From the NCBI RefSeq assembly GCF_963921235.1, contig NC_086125.1:7750001-7814000 (forward strand): 64,000 nucleotides of DNA. The letters are read 5' to 3'. This document shows positions 23,030-36,845 of this stretch, in pieces. Position numbers and translations under genes: made by a program. This stretch comes from Mobula hypostoma. Lineage: Eukaryota. The first letter of the stretch is position 1. Each line of letters starts with the position of its first letter. The notes under the pieces were generated by a model. The model was not told the DNA's origin. It saw only the letters and a list, made by a program, of their open reading frames with translations, and did no database searches.

Positions 23030-25210
23030 AACTTTTATAGATGTGTGGTGGAGAGTATATTGACTGGCTGCAGCACAGCCTGGTATGGAAGCCTTGTATG
23101 GTAAATCTGACCCAGTACATCACGTGTAAAGCCCTCCCAACCAATCAGTACATCCACATGAAACACTGTTGTAGGAAAGCAGCATCCATCTTCAGGGATC
23201 CTCATCACCCAGGCCGTGCTGACATCGGATAGCAGGTACAAGAACCTCAGGACTCACACCACCAGGATCAAGAACAGTTACTACCCCTCAACCACCAGGC
23301 TCTTGAATGAAAGGGGATAACTACGCTCAACTTCACTTGCCCCATCAGTGGAATGTTCCCACAACTAATGGTCTCACTTTCAAGGACTCTTTATCTCACC
23401 ATCTCATGTTCTCATTATTTATTGTTTTTGATCTTAATTTACATTTGCACAGTTTGTTATCTTCTGCACTCTGGTTGATCTTTCATTGATCCTGTTATAG
23501 TTACTATTCTATAGATTTGCTGAGTATATATCTCAGGGTTATATAAGGTGACATATATGTACTTTGATAATAAACCTTGCTTTGAGCTTTGAACTTATGA
23601 AGTTTAAATCTCTCGCCTCTGATGTTAAGCCTCGGCCCCTCATTTTCATTGCCTCTTCTCTTGGAAAAAGACTATGTGCTTTCACCCGGTCTATTATCCT
23701 CATGATACCCTATAAGGTCAGCCCCTCGACCTCCTACACTGCAGGGAATAGAGTGCTAGTCTACCGAACCTCCCCTTGTATCTCAGCCCCTCCATCACCC
23801 TCCCCACCACAAGTCCAAGCAACATCCTGGTTAATCTGCTCTACACTCTTTATAGTTTAATAACATCTTTCCTATAACAGGGTGACCAAAACTGTACACA
23901 GTACTCCAGATGCTGCCCCATCAACATCTTATATAACTGCAATATAACTTACCAACTTCTACGCTCAATGCCCTGAGGGAACCAGTGAACCAGAATCAGG
24001 TTTAATATCACAGTCGTACTGTAAATCATAAAGTTTGTTAAACTGAGGCAGCAGACTATTGCAATACATAATCATAATAACTATACATTACATTAAGTAT
24101 ATATATTAATGGAAGTTATTTGTGCCGAACGTGAAAAAGTATGCCAAATGACGTCTTCACCACCCTATCTACCTGTGACACTACTCTCAGTGAACTGTGC
24201 ACTTGAACTGCTAGCTCCCTCTGTTCCATAACACTCCCCAGTGCTCACTGTATAAGTCCTACCCAGCTTCAAAGTTCAAAGTAAAGTTTATTGTCAGTGT
24301 ACATACATGTCACCCCGTACAACCCTCAGTTTCTTTTCCTGTGAACACTCTCAGCAAACCTATGGAACAGTAACTGTAGACAGGATCGGCGAACAACAAA
24401 CTGTGCAAATGCAGATATAAATAAATAGCAATACACAACGAGCACAAAATAACAAGGTAAAGAGTCCTTAAAGTGAGACCATCAGTTGTGGGAACACCAG
24501 AAGTAGAATGAGTGTAGTTATTCCCTTTTTGTTCAAGAGCCTGGTGATTGAGGGGCAGTAACTGTTCTTGAACCTGGTGGGGTGAGTTCTGAGGCTCCTG
24601 TACCTTCTACCTGCTGGCAGCAGTGAGAAAAGAGCATGACCTGGGTGGTGAGGATCTCTGACGATGGATGCTGCTTTTCTACGGCAACGTTTCATGCAGA
24701 CGTGCTCAATGATTGGGAGGACTTTACCTGTGATGTACTGGGCCGAATCCACTGCCTTTTCTATGATTTTCCGCTCAAAGGCTTTGGTTGGATCTCCCAA
24801 AATGCAACACGTCATATTTATCTGGATTACCAACCGTTTGCCAATTCTCAGCCAACATTACCCACCTGATCAAGAAGCTTCTGTAATTTTTCATTAACTT
24901 CCACACTACCTGCAGCTACCAATGTGTAATATCATCCATAAACTTACTAACCATGGCTGTACATTTATCACAAGCAGATCAGGCTTATTATCACTGACAC
25001 ATCTTGTAAAATTTGTTGTTCTGTAGCTGCAGTACAGAAAAAGGTATAAAAAAATTACTGTTCCAATCAATAGTGTCAAAGATGAATAAGGAGGTGGTGT
25101 TCATGGATTGTTCAGATATCTGATGCTAGGGGGGACAAAACTCTTCCTAAAACATTGAGTGGGGGTCTTCAGGCTCCTGTGCCTCCTCCCTGATGGTGGC
25201 AACGAGAAGG
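23030..25210. mobile_element. Cluster of Rex1/Babar-like 3' fragments (both strands) and a CR1 3' fragment
   Basis: CRRKAASI.RDPHHPG motifs at 23.2 kb (+) and 24.6 kb (-); CR1 3' end at 23.62-23.98 kb. Confidence 0.65.
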
Positions 25211-25814
25211 GGGTACATCCGAATCATTTGTATAAATTACAACTAATGAAGGTCCAAGCACTGACCCCCATGGCACACCTCCAGACACAGGCCCACAGTC
25301 AGAGGAACAATCCTCAACCAGCACCCTCTAGTTCCTTGCAGTGAGCCAATTCTGATTCCAATCAGCCATCTCTCCGAGTCCCGTACAATCTAACTGTTCA
25401 GGCTAGCCTGCCGGGAGGGAGCTTGTCAGAGGCCTTGCTAACGTTCATCCAGACAACATAAATTGCCCTACCTACACTCACCTATCCCCTTAGCTACTTC
25501 CTCAAAGAACTCCAAAAGATTTGTCAGGCATGACTTCCCACAGAGCAAAACCCAAATCAGACCCTGTCTCTCCAAAGGGTCTGATGGTTTCTGTAGCTGC
25601 AAGAGACTCCAGGTTGATACATTGCCTCCTTGAAGTTAGGATCAAATATATCACAGAGTGGCTGCAGGACGTTCTGAAATGGTTGGGTAAACAGCCAGAG
25701 GTCATGGTACATGTAAATAACAATAACATGGGTCAGAGGAGAGGTGAGGTTCTGTGGCTTGAGCTTAGGGAGCTAAGTGCCCATTTGAAGAGCAGAAGCT
25801 TAAAGGTTGTAACT

Positions 25815-26720
25815 TAGACCATAAGATATAGGAGCAGAATTAAGCCATTTAACCCATCAAATCTGTTCCACCATTTCATCATATCTGACCCATTTTCCTT
25901 CTCGGCCCCAATCTCCTGCCTTCTCCCTGAATCCATTCATGCCCTGACTAATCAAGAATCGACCAACCTCTGCCTTAAATATATGTAAAGGCTTGGTTTG
26001 CACGGCTGTCAGTGACAACGAAAAATCCACAGATTCACCGCTCTCTGGCTAAAGAAATTCCTCCTCACCTCTGTTCTAAAAGGACACCCCTCTATTCTGA
26101 AGCTGTGTCCTCTGGTCCTAGACTCTCCCACCATAGGAAACATCTCCTCCACATCCATTCTGCTGAGGCCTTTCAACATCTGATAGGTTTCAATTAGGGC
26201 GCCCCTCATTCTTCTGAATTCCAGTGAATACAGGCCCAGAGTCATCAGACGCTCTTCATACGACAAGTCATTCAACCCTGGAATCATTTTTGTGAACCTC
26301 CTTTGAACCCTCTCCAGTGTCAGCACGTCCCTTCTGACTCGCAATACTCCAGATGAGGCCTCGGCAGTATTGTACTTAGCCTCAACATTACATCCTTGCT
26401 TTTATATTTTATTCCTCTTGAAATGAATGCTGACATCGCATTCGTCTTCCTCACCACACATTCAACCTGCAAATTAACATTTAGGGAAATCCTGCACATG
26501 GGCTCTTAACTTGGTAAGCAGCCTCATGTGTGGCGGCTTGTCAAAGGCCTTCTGAAAATCCAAGTACCCACCATCTACCAATTCTCTTTTATCTATCCTG
26601 CTTGTTACTTCCTCAAAGAATTCCAACACATTCGTCGGGCAAGATTTTCCCTTGAGGAAGCTATGCTGACGATGGCCTATTTAATCATGTGCCCCAGGAA
26701 CCCTAAAACCACATCCTTAA
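25815..26720 (-). mobile_element. CR1 3' fragment
   Basis: LERVQRRFTKMIPGL...RRMRG.LIETY; CATAAGA tail. Confidence 0.8.
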
Positions 26721-27393
26721 CTTCTTGATTGCCTCTGGTGGCACGAGCCAGTGAATATGGGAATATAGGGATGGGTGGGATCAATGTGTGACTAAAGGGA
26801 TGGTGCTCAAGGATAGACTTTAGCTTCCTGTATCATTGGAACTGTTTCTGAGGAAGCTGGGACCTCTATAAGTGGAATGAGTTGCAAGTTAGCCACAGTG
26901 GGAGATTAACATGCTTGCTGGCAGATTTGCAGGTGGAAGGTCTAAATTGTGTTGCAGGGGAAGGAGCTCAGAACAGTGTTTCAGATAGAGCACCTAGAGG
27001 AGAAAAAGTATGTTTCAAAGACAAAGCAAATGAGTAAGTGTGCGTGAAGAAAAGTCACCACTAAATTGCATTTATTTTAATGCAAGGTGTATAACCAGTA
27101 AAGCAGATGACTTCAAAGCTTTGATTAAGATAGTGATTTACAATATTGCCATCACTGATGGCAGGATTGTCAAGTCAGTATTCCAGGATATAGAATTTTC
27201 AGCTATGGCAATAGTGAGAGAATGAAAGAGGGAGGAAGGAAATATTCCACAGTTAGTTAAAGATTGATAATGGGATGGGGAGGGGGGAGGGGGGAGGGGT
27301 GAGGGAACGAAAGAGGAAGGAAATATTGCACGCAACACACATCAAAGTTGCTGGTGAACGCAGCAGGCCAGGCAGCATCTCTAGGAAGAGGTA

Positions 27394-27431
27394 CAGTCAA
27401 CGTTTCGGGCCGAGACCCTTCGTCAGGACTG
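27394..27431 (-). ncRNA. Minimal type I hammerhead ribozyme in a Penelope terminus
   Basis: CAGUC-CUGACGA-A-GGG(UCUCGG)CCC-GAA-ACGU-U-GACUG: stem I CAGUC/GACUG, complete core, palindromic ACGU stem III. Confidence 0.75.
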
Positions 27432-27580
27432 ACTGAAGGAAGAGCTAGTAAGAGATTTGAAAGTGGGAGGGGGAGGGGGAGATCCAAAATGATAGGAGAA
27501 GGCAGGAGGGGGAGGGATGGAGCCAAGAGCTGGACAGGTGATTGGCAAAAGGGGTATGAGAGGATCATGGGACAGGAGGC

Positions 27581-28444
27581 TGTGACGAGAATACACATAA
27601 AATTAAGATGTTTGCTGGCCTGGGCTAGCATCAGTGGCATCAGCAGTTGGTCTGCCACCTGCCCTCAGGGGAAGGAGAGATAAGGAACAATGGAGCAGCG
27701 TCTGGAGATGTGTAATGAAGGGATGGGGGAGAGAGAGCTGTCTGGAGCGGCTCCCCCCTTTGAACCTTGAACTGTTTGAAGTGATGGACAGGCGATACCC
27801 CAGCAGGGAGATAAAAAGGGACCGGTTTGCTAAGGCAGGACACACACGCCACTCGAGGTAACGAGACCCTGGAAGCGGTACGCTTCTCACGAGTCGGTGG
27901 GAAGTACCAGACAACGGCCAGGGTGGAAAGGTACGATCAGCGGGAACCCGGTGTGTGTCCGCCCTTGCCTGGGTGCCGGGTTCGCTGCAGAGGATCGACC
28001 GCATCTGGAGGAGGGGGTCACAGTCGGTGACCTCAGGTGACATCACCAAGGACCCGCCCAAAAGCTGCTTGTGAGCCATCTCGCCGGTCTGTGAGTGAAG
28101 CCGTGTCTGAATGATCAGTTGTTCCTGTTCTCTCTCTCTCTTCCCCCACGTTGTCCTTCGCCATGGCAACGATTACTGTGAACTGAACTACTAAACTGGA
28201 CTGAACTTTGAGTCACTTTGAAATTTGGTCATTTACCCCTAGACAACGATAGCGCTTGATTGATGCTGTTATCTTAATTCTGTGCACATGTGTGTTTATC
28301 ATCGCTGAACTGTTGCATTTATTATCCTTTCGATTACTGTGTTGCTTGTTTCTTTAATAAAACTTTCTTAGTTCTAGTACTCCAGACTCCAACTGAGTGA
28401 TCCATTTCTGCTGGTTTGGCAACCCAGTTACGGGGTACGTAACA
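27581..28444 (+). mobile_element. Solo LTR (864 bp), separate family
   Basis: TGTGAC...GTAACA ends, 4-bp TSD AGGC (27577-27580 / 28445-28448), AATAAA about 85 nt from the 3' end. Confidence 0.85.
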
Positions 28445-29885
28445 AGGCCCAGGGAGGAAGAAAGGGGGAGGGCGGAAAAACCTAGAGGATGGGCAAGGGG
28501 TATAGTGAGAGGGACAGAGGGAGAAAAAGGAGAGAGAGAGAAAGAATGTGTGTATATAAATAAATAAATAACGGATGGCGGACGAGGGGAAGGTGGTGCA
28601 TTAGCGGAAGTTAGAGAAGTCAATGTTCATCCCATCAGGTTGGAGGCTACCCAGACGGAATATAAGGTGTTGTTCCTCCAACCTGAGTGTGGCTTCATCT
28701 TTACAGTAGAGGAGGCCGTGGATAGACATGTCAGAATGGGAATGGGATGTGGAATTAAAATGTGTGGCCACTAGGAGGTCCTGCTTTCTCTAGCGGACAG
28801 AGCATAGGTGTTCAGTGAAACGATCTCCCAGTCTGCATCGGGTCTCGCCAATATATAGAAAGCCACCGGACGCAGTATATATCACCCCAGCCAACTCATA
28901 GGTGAAGTGTCGCCTCACCTGGAAGGACTGTCTGGGGCCCTGAATGGTGGTAAGGGAGGAAGTGTAAGGGCATGTGTGGCACTTGTTCCGGTTACAAGGA
29001 TAAGTGCCAGGAGGGAGATCGGTGGGGAGGGATGGAAGGGGGTGCGAACGGACAAGGGAGTCGCGTAGGGAGCGATCCCTGCAGAAAGCTGGGGGGTGTG
29101 GGGGAGGGAAAGATGTGCTTAGTGGTGGGATCCTGTTGGAGGTGGCGAAAGTTACGGAGAATTACATGTTGGACCCGGAGGCTGGTGGGGTGGTAGGCGA
29201 GGAACAGGGGAGCCCTATTCCTAGTGGGGTGGCGGGAGGATGGAGTGAGAGCAGATGTGCATGAAATGGGGGAGATGTGTTTGAGAGCAGAGTTGATGGA
29301 GGAGGAATGGAAGTCCCTTTCTTTAAAAAAGGACGACATCTCCTTCGTCCTGGAATGAAAAGCCTCATCCTGAGAGCAGTTAGTTAAAGATTGAAATCTG
29401 CCCAGAAGTATCACAACCAGGGGCCATTTTTAAATTAAAAGATTTTTTTTCAGTTAGCATGTGGATTGTATTTTCTCGGTGTAAGCTCATGGGTTTGCAA
29501 TGTTCCTTGGATTGTTTACTTTTTATGTCTAATTGTTTGTCTTCGGACTAGCGCTGGGTTTTCACTTTGTGTTGCAGGAGTCTCATTTGGGATCATGGGG
29601 ATTGTTAAGCTTGCTTTGTATTTATCACTTCTACTCAGTTTGGGGTGAGTGAATTAGCACGGGATTTCCAATGTCTTGTATCGTAGTTGTTGTCCTTGTG
29701 GCCTATTGCTTCATTTCAACACTGCGGCTGTCAGAATTCCTACCTGTTCCAGGGTGTATTTCAGGGGAACTTGCCAACCCCTCTTTGCTCGGTCATTGTG
29801 AATGCTTGTCTGGTGAAGCTCTGACTGAGGACTTCCGTGTATCATAACTGATTCAGTTCTACAAGATTTTGTAGAGACTGCCTGG

Positions 29886-30145
29886 ATGCCCACCCATCTC
29901 CTCCCTCTAGTGCTCCTCCATGGCCTTCTGTCTCTTTTACCAATTTACTTCTCAGCTCTTTACTTCATCCCCTCCCCCTTCAGGTTTCACCTATCACCTT
30001 GCATCTCTGTCTCCCCTCCCCCACCTTTTAAAGCTTTTTTTCTCCAGTCCTGCCAAAGGGGTTCAGCCCAAAACGTCGACCGTACTCTTTTCCTAGATGC
30101 TGCCTGGCCTGCTGAGTTCCTCCAGCATTTTGCGTGTGCTGCCTG
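29886..30145 (+). mobile_element. Penelope 3' terminus fragment
   Basis: Pyrimidine tract, decayed hammerhead, GATGCTGCCTGGCCTGCTGAG tail. Confidence 0.75.
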
Positions 30146-30899
30146 AGCTCTTGTTAGTTTTGCTGGCAATTTTTGTAGTACTGTATATCTCTTGTTTTGC
30201 TTGAATTGCCGAAGTGTCTGGGATTCCTGAACTTGAGTTTACCAGTCACCCTGACAAGAAGAGCTTTTTTGATTGAGTATAGGGTAGAACAATGAGTGAA
30301 GGAGCATTATCGGACCTTATCTGGGCGAATGTAGATGGCCAAGTGGATGAAGTGTCAGCTGGGGAACATTTTGGAGAATGCCATGTTTGCCTAGGTTGTC
30401 ACTGAGCTGAAAAAGATGCAGAAAGGATTTATAAGTATGTTGCCAGGATTAGACTGCTTGACTTGTAAGGAGGGATTAGATCAGCTGTATTTTTCACAGT
30501 TTAAGAATAAATCTTTTCTAAACCCTGCTTTCTGTCCTTAAATTAACTTCTTATCCATATATAACTATGTTTTGTTTTCCTTGGATCTTAATTTTACTAA
30601 ATATTATATGAGTTGATATGAAAGATAGCCTTAGATACAAAGGAAAAGATGGGATAGTAGCAGGCCTTGGGCAGACAATCCACATTCATGTTTACATCAG
30701 TTCAACATAGTCACCTCATTCCCATGTCTCTCTTTTGCTTCCATTCATTGGTTAATTTCAATGTCAATTATACTCATTGGCTACTTTGTCATTCTGATCA
30801 ACTGTGCCACAAACATTTGAAGCAACCTCACTATCTAGGGAAAAGTGGCAGGCATTAACAATCAGGACCGATAATAATTGTAACATCCAGCATATTTAC

Positions 30900-31193
30900 C
30901 ATACACCTCAATAGCAACGGAGTCCGTCTTTGGTAGAATGAAGGGATAATCCTCAAAGTCTGCCGTACAGATGAATTCGGTCAGACCGGTCTCGTGTGGT
31001 ATCCATGGTGTTGTTGCCCAGACAGTGAGGTGATCTGACACATTGGTATCGGACTTCCATTCTGTACCATTCTCAGTCCACATTACTCTCACCTTCTCAG
31101 CAGGATAGACGTTTGGGATTTTACATGTTAACTTGACCTGCTGATTCAGTTCTACGGGGTCTCGGTTGAAGATCTTGGGAGGCTCTGGGAAAG
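30900..31193 (-). CDS. Coding exon 4, Ig domain 3
   Basis: (Y)SFPEPPKIFNRDPVELNQQVKLTCKIPNVYPAEKVRVMW...EFICTADF...IEVY, resembling VCAM YSFPKDP/VYP. Acceptor tcttgcag|, donor G|GTAAAT. Confidence 0.92.
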
Positions 31194-31819
31194 CTGCAAG
31201 ACACACAAGAAATACACTGCTTATCATTCTGTTGTGGTGTCTTTCAGATACTGACGGACACAGCTGGAAACAGGCCAGATCACACATCCTGGGAGCCCGT
31301 CATACCTAAACCACCACTGGAGAGACACATACTCTTCATTCATGAGATTACTGATTTCCTAATTGGTCAGGACATGAAGGGATACAGAGAGAGGGCAGGA
31401 GATTGAGGCTGAGAGGGACAATGATGAAATGGTGGAGCAGACTCGATGGGCCAAATGGTCTAATTCTGCTCCTGTATCTTACGGTCTTATTTTTTCCAAA
31501 TATTCAGATTAAAATTCAGCCTTGTTCTTCAGCCCGGTGCACTCATTAATGAACTTCAGGGTAAGTTTAACTTCTATCTGGCTTTAACATCCCTCTTGTG
31601 ACTCGGTCTTCAGATTAACCGTGAAGGGTATAAGTTTATCAAGTTATCTTGGTATCCCTGTATCAGAATCTACTCTTGACCAACACATCTATTAACTATC
31701 AAGGTGTACAGTTGCAGCCAGATGTGTTTCCATCAGACACCCCTTTGGTGTTGGGAAGCATTCATCCTAAGAAGAAGGGTACAAATTCAAACCAACCATG
31801 TAGCCATTTATGTATAAAA

Positions 31820-33680
31820 GCTAATAACCATATAACCATATAACAATTACAGCATGAAAACAGGCCATCTCGGCCCTTCTAGTCCATGCTGAACTCTTAC
31901 TCTCACCTAGTCCCACCGACCTGCACTCAGCCCATAACCCTCCATTCCTTTCCTGTCCATATAGCTGTCCAATTTAACTTTAAATGACAATATCGAACCT
32001 GCCTCAACCACTTCTGCTGGAAGCTCGTTCCACACAGCTACCACTCTTTGAGTAAAGAAGTTCCCCTTCATGTTACCCCTAAACTTTTGCCCTTTAACTC
32101 TCAACTCATGTCCTCTTGTTTGAATCTCCCCCACTCTCATTGGAAAAAGCCTATCCACGTCAACTCTATCTATCCCCCTCATAATTTTAAATACCTCTAT
32201 CAAGTCCCCCCTCAACCTCCTATGTTCCAAAGAATAAAGACCCAACTTGCTCAACCTTTCTCTGTAACTTAGGTGATGAAACCTTGGTAACATTCTTGTA
32301 AACCTTCTCTGTACTCTCTCTATTATGTTGACATCTTTCCTATAATTCGGTGACCAAAACTGTACACAATACTCCAAATTTGGCCTCACCAATGCCTTGC
32401 ACAATTTCAACATTACATCCCAACTCCTACACTCAATGCTCTGATTTATAAAGGCCAGCATACCAAAAGCTTTCTTCACCACCCTATCCACATGAGATTC
32501 CACCTTCAGGGAACTATTATTCTTAGATCACTCTGTTCTACTGCATTCTTCAATGCCCTACTATTTACCATGTATGTCCTATTTTGATTAGTTCTACCAA
32601 AGTGTAGCACCTCACATTTTCAGCATTAAACTCCATCTGTCACCTCTCAGCCCACTCTTCTAACTGGCCTAAACCTCTGCAAGCTTTGAAAACCTACTTC
32701 ATTATCCACAATCCACCTATCTTAGTATCATCTGCATACTTACTCATCCAATTTACCACCCCATCATCCAGATCATTAATGTATATGACAAATAACACTG
32801 GACCCAGTACAGATCCCTGAGGCACACCACTAGTCACCGGCCTCCAATCTGACTAACAGTTTTCTGCCACCATTCTCTGGCGTCTCCCATCCAGCCACTG
32901 CTGAATCCATTTTACTACTTCAATATTAATACATAACGATTGAACCTTCCTAACCAACCTTCCATGTGGGACCTTGTCAAATGCCTTACTGAAGTCCATA
33001 CAGACAACATCCACCACTTTACCCTCGTCAAAATTCCTAGTAACCTCTTCAAAAAAATTAATAAGATTTTTTTTAACATGACCTTCTACGCACAAATCCA
33101 TGTTGACTGTTCCTAATCAGACCCCGTCTATCCAGATAATTATTTATACTATCTCTAAGAATACCTTCCATCAATTTACCCACCACTGACGTCAAACTCA
33201 CAGGCTGATAATTGCTAGGTTTACTCTTAGAACCCTTTTTAAACAATGGAAAACATGAGCAATACGCTAATCCTCCGGCACGATCCCCGTTTCTAATGAT
33301 ATTTGAAATATTTCTGTCAGAGCCCCTGCTATTTCCACACTAACTTCCCTCAATGTCCTAGGGAATATCCTGTCAGGACCCGGAGACTTATTCACTTTTA
33401 TATTCCTTAAAAGCTCCAGTACTACTTCTTCTTTAATCATCATAGTTTCCATAACTTGCCTACCTGTTTCCCTTATCTTACACTATGCAATATCCTTCTC
33501 CTTAGTGAATACCGAAGAAAAGAAATTGTTAAGAATCTCCCCCATCTCTTTTGGCTCCACACATTGCTGTCCACTCTGATTCTCTAAGGAACCAATTTTA
33601 TCCCTCACTATCCTTTTGCTATTTATATAACAGTAGAAACCCTTTGGATTTATTTTGACCTTACTTGCCAAAGCAACCTG
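31820..33680 (-). mobile_element. 5'-truncated CR1 LINE with internal deletions
   Basis: ORF2 pieces (MDFSKAFDKVPH, LVRPNLEYCVQFW); (AACCATAT)n tail at 31824-31850. Confidence 0.88.
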
Positions 33681-34398
33681 CTAATGCTGCATGATTGCAG
33701 AAATCAAGGATTTTGTGCTTCTTCTCTTGTATATGCGAGAACTAGGCCTCAAGCCACGGTCTCACCTGCTTACAACCACAAGGCGAGAGGCGTTGAAGCC
33801 GGTATGATCCACCAGGGGTGGTGTGGTGAGGCCTCTAGGCTGGAGTCAGTGCTGACCCGTAGTGTTCACTTGGCAGAAGACAAGCTCCATTGTGGTCAAC
33901 TACAGATTTCTGCAGCTTGAGTCTAGACTCTTTCATTGCGTGGCTGTGTCTTACTGATACCTTTATGTGCTTGCTATCGTGTACGTGCTATGTGTGCTTT
34001 GTGCTGTGTGACTGTCGGTGCTGTGTTCAGCAACTTCGCTGTCTCGTTTGGCTGTATTCATGTATGGTTGAATGACAATTAAACTTGAATTTAATTAAGG
34101 ATGGGAAAATCTATCCATTCTATAAATGGATTCTGTCTCACATTGCACTGTCTTTACCTTGCCTGAAATATCATTCTAGGAAATAGATCATTTAACGTCC
34201 TCTCTTCTAGAAACAACATACATATGATAGCTATTTGTCTATTCACAAGAGTGATATGCCCCGGAAAACAATTTGTTTAGCCAGAGTTTGTAATGGAAAA
34301 AGGCAGGTGAATTGCATTCTGGCATGATGTATTCCTATGCACAAAGAGTGGGATGATCTTATGGTGGCAAAATAATTAGTGACTTCCATTTATTTCTA

Positions 34399-34835
34399 CA
34401 CTTAGTGGCTACCTCGTTAGGTGTTGGGGGCTAGCCAATCATGTGGCAGCAACTCAATGTATAAAAGCATGCCACCATGATCAAGAGGTTCATTTGTTAT
34501 TCAGACCAAACATCAGAATGGGGAAGAAATGTGATCTAAGTGACTTTGACTGTGGAGTGATTGTTGGTGCCAGACAGGGTGGTTTGAGTATCTCAGAAAC
34601 TACTGATCTCCCAAGATTTTCATGCACCAGCAGTCTCTAGACTTTACAGTGAACGGTGTGAAAAACAAAAAAATACACATCCAGCGAGAGGCCATTCTGT
34701 GGGCGAAAATGCCTTGTTAATGAGAGGAGCTGGAGGAGAATGGCCGGACTAATTCAAGCTGACAGGAGGGTGACAGTAACTCATATCGCCACAGATTACA
34801 ACAGTGGTTTGCAGACAAGCTTCTCTGAACACACA
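34399..34835 (+). mobile_element. Tc1-type MITE, 3'-truncated
   Basis: TA|CACTTAGTGGC... and a body homologous to the other copies. Confidence 0.75.
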
Positions 34836-35361
34836 GAGATACCTCCTTTACATAACAAAGAGACCATTGAGTGTATAAGTGAACCATGTATCTGTTTGGT
34901 TTCATCATATTCTGTATCACTTTTGTCATCTGGTGAGCTGTGTCCTTGGTTCTCCCACTTCTCCCCCAACTGGCCTCACATATCTCTTCGGTAAGTTCTC
35001 CTTCGTTGCAATCTGCAGGAGATCTCTTTTCATCCCATAAAACTTAGGCAACAGTTACCAAAGTGAGATCCCCAAGAGAACAAGCCTAGCCTGTGCTGAT
35101 TGTGCTGGACGCTCACGTGCTGCCCTGACTGGTATACGTGGCGGTAAATATTATGCTCATTATTTTGGGATAGCACAGAGCACACCAAGACGCCAGCATG
35201 CAGGACACTTAACCCAACTTTATTGGTAACCCTTTGCTTGCACAGTATGTGAACTCCTCCCACGTGGGAGTGGCTGACTGAGTGGCAGAGGAATAACGTT
35301 ATTAGCTACCACTACATCACCCCACCTTGAAAAAACACTCAGTATGTACATGAAATACACA

Positions 35362-35582
35362 ATAAATGCTAGGGGAACTCAGCAAGCCCAGCAGCACCTA
35401 GGAAAAGAGTACAGTTGTCACTTCAGGCCAAAATCCTTTGGTAGGACTGTCCTGCTGAAGGGTTTCGGGCCCCAAAACGTTGACTCTACTCTTTTCCTAG
35501 ATGCTGCCTGGCCTGCTGAGTTCCTCCAGCATTTTGTGTGTGTTGCTCAAATTTCCGGCACCTGCAGGTTCTCTCTTGTTTG
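35362..35582. mobile_element. Head-to-head pair of Penelope tails (fold-back)
   Basis: 35362-35449 is an imperfect reverse complement of 35450-35535; the junction lies at the hammerhead CAGTCCTG. Confidence 0.7.
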
Positions 35583-36845
35583 TCTCAGTATGCACATCTT
35601 GTCTGTAGAACTGCATTGAAATTATAGTCGCTGCAATTAAGCAATTCAGCTCACTTTACCCATAATATGTAACTTAATACTCCATACATAAACACAAGGA
35701 AACGGAATTGCCAACATCAGAATTCTCTCTCTCTCTTCCTCCTTTTTTTCACCAATTCCTTTTCTTAAGAATGGTCTCATTTTGTGAAACGTTTTCAACA
35801 TTGGAGCTCTTAAAAAAAAAACACTAAATTTTATGGAGCTCTGGGTGGACTATCTGTACACTCCAGCAAAGTGAAAGGATTATTCTGCCTCTTTAGTCAC
35901 TTGCCCCAAGCTATTAGGCTATGGAGTCAATCTCTGTGGTGGGACAGATAAACAACCCAATCTGGAATAGGTTCCTGGAAGCATTGGAGCGGATTGAGAT
36001 TCTTAAGCAGGTGCGCCACCTTAGGTAAGTGGTCTTTGTCATAAGAATCAAGCCACTCTATTCCTTTCTCTGCCTTTCATGAGTGTTGAAGCACATGAGA
36101 ACATGCCTATTCCAACTGATTTCACCTCATAGAAACATAGAAAATAGGTGCAGGAGTAGGCCATTCAGCCCTTCGAGCCTGCACTGCCATTCAGTATGAT
36201 CACGGCTGATCATCCAACTCAGAACCCTGTACCTGCCTTCTCTCCATACCCCCTGATCCCTTTAGCCACAAGGGCCTCATGATGTTCTGATCACAAATAT
36301 TTGTGGTTCATGCTGCCGGACGATTGTTCCTTTGGTGAATTGGTCTGAAACCCAAACAGCTTCACCACTCCTGAGTGACGGCAGAGATTTTGCCCCGTAT
36401 CTGAGAACGTACATGCTCTTCACTTTCTCACACTGTGTTGTCTCACGGTTTCTCACCTTGTCCAAGTCCAGTAAGTGAGATTGAAGGAAAAACTGGCAGG
36501 CCTGTTCTCAGTCTCCAGCCCATTGACAGCTCTGGTGGACTGTAGCCATTCACAATAGATGTGGAGTGATACTCTAGAAGTGCTTTGTAGGGGTCTTTTT
36601 CCTTCAGTATGAGACTCCTAACAGTTTGCTCTGCTCTTTCAACTTTTCTATTTGCTTGCGGGTACCGTGTCTGGTGTTAGAACTCATAATCCCGAGCAAA
36701 GGCTTTGAATCCTGAGCAGCTGAATTCTGGACCATTGTCTGATGCATGTGCCTCTGGTCTTCCACGGCAATGAATTAGCTTTTAGGTGCTTTATAACTGC
36801 TGCTGAGGATGTGGAGGATTGCTTGGATACCACAAAGACACTGAG

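Larger units (their letters stand above)
27332..29377 (-). mobile_element. 5'-truncated Penelope-like element (GIY-YIG end plus pLTR tail), split by a solo LTR
   Basis: Homologous to the GIY-YIG element at 55955-57130 (FHSRTKEMSSFFKER..., LRLEEQH...GSLQPDGMNIDFSNFR). Confidence 0.85.
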
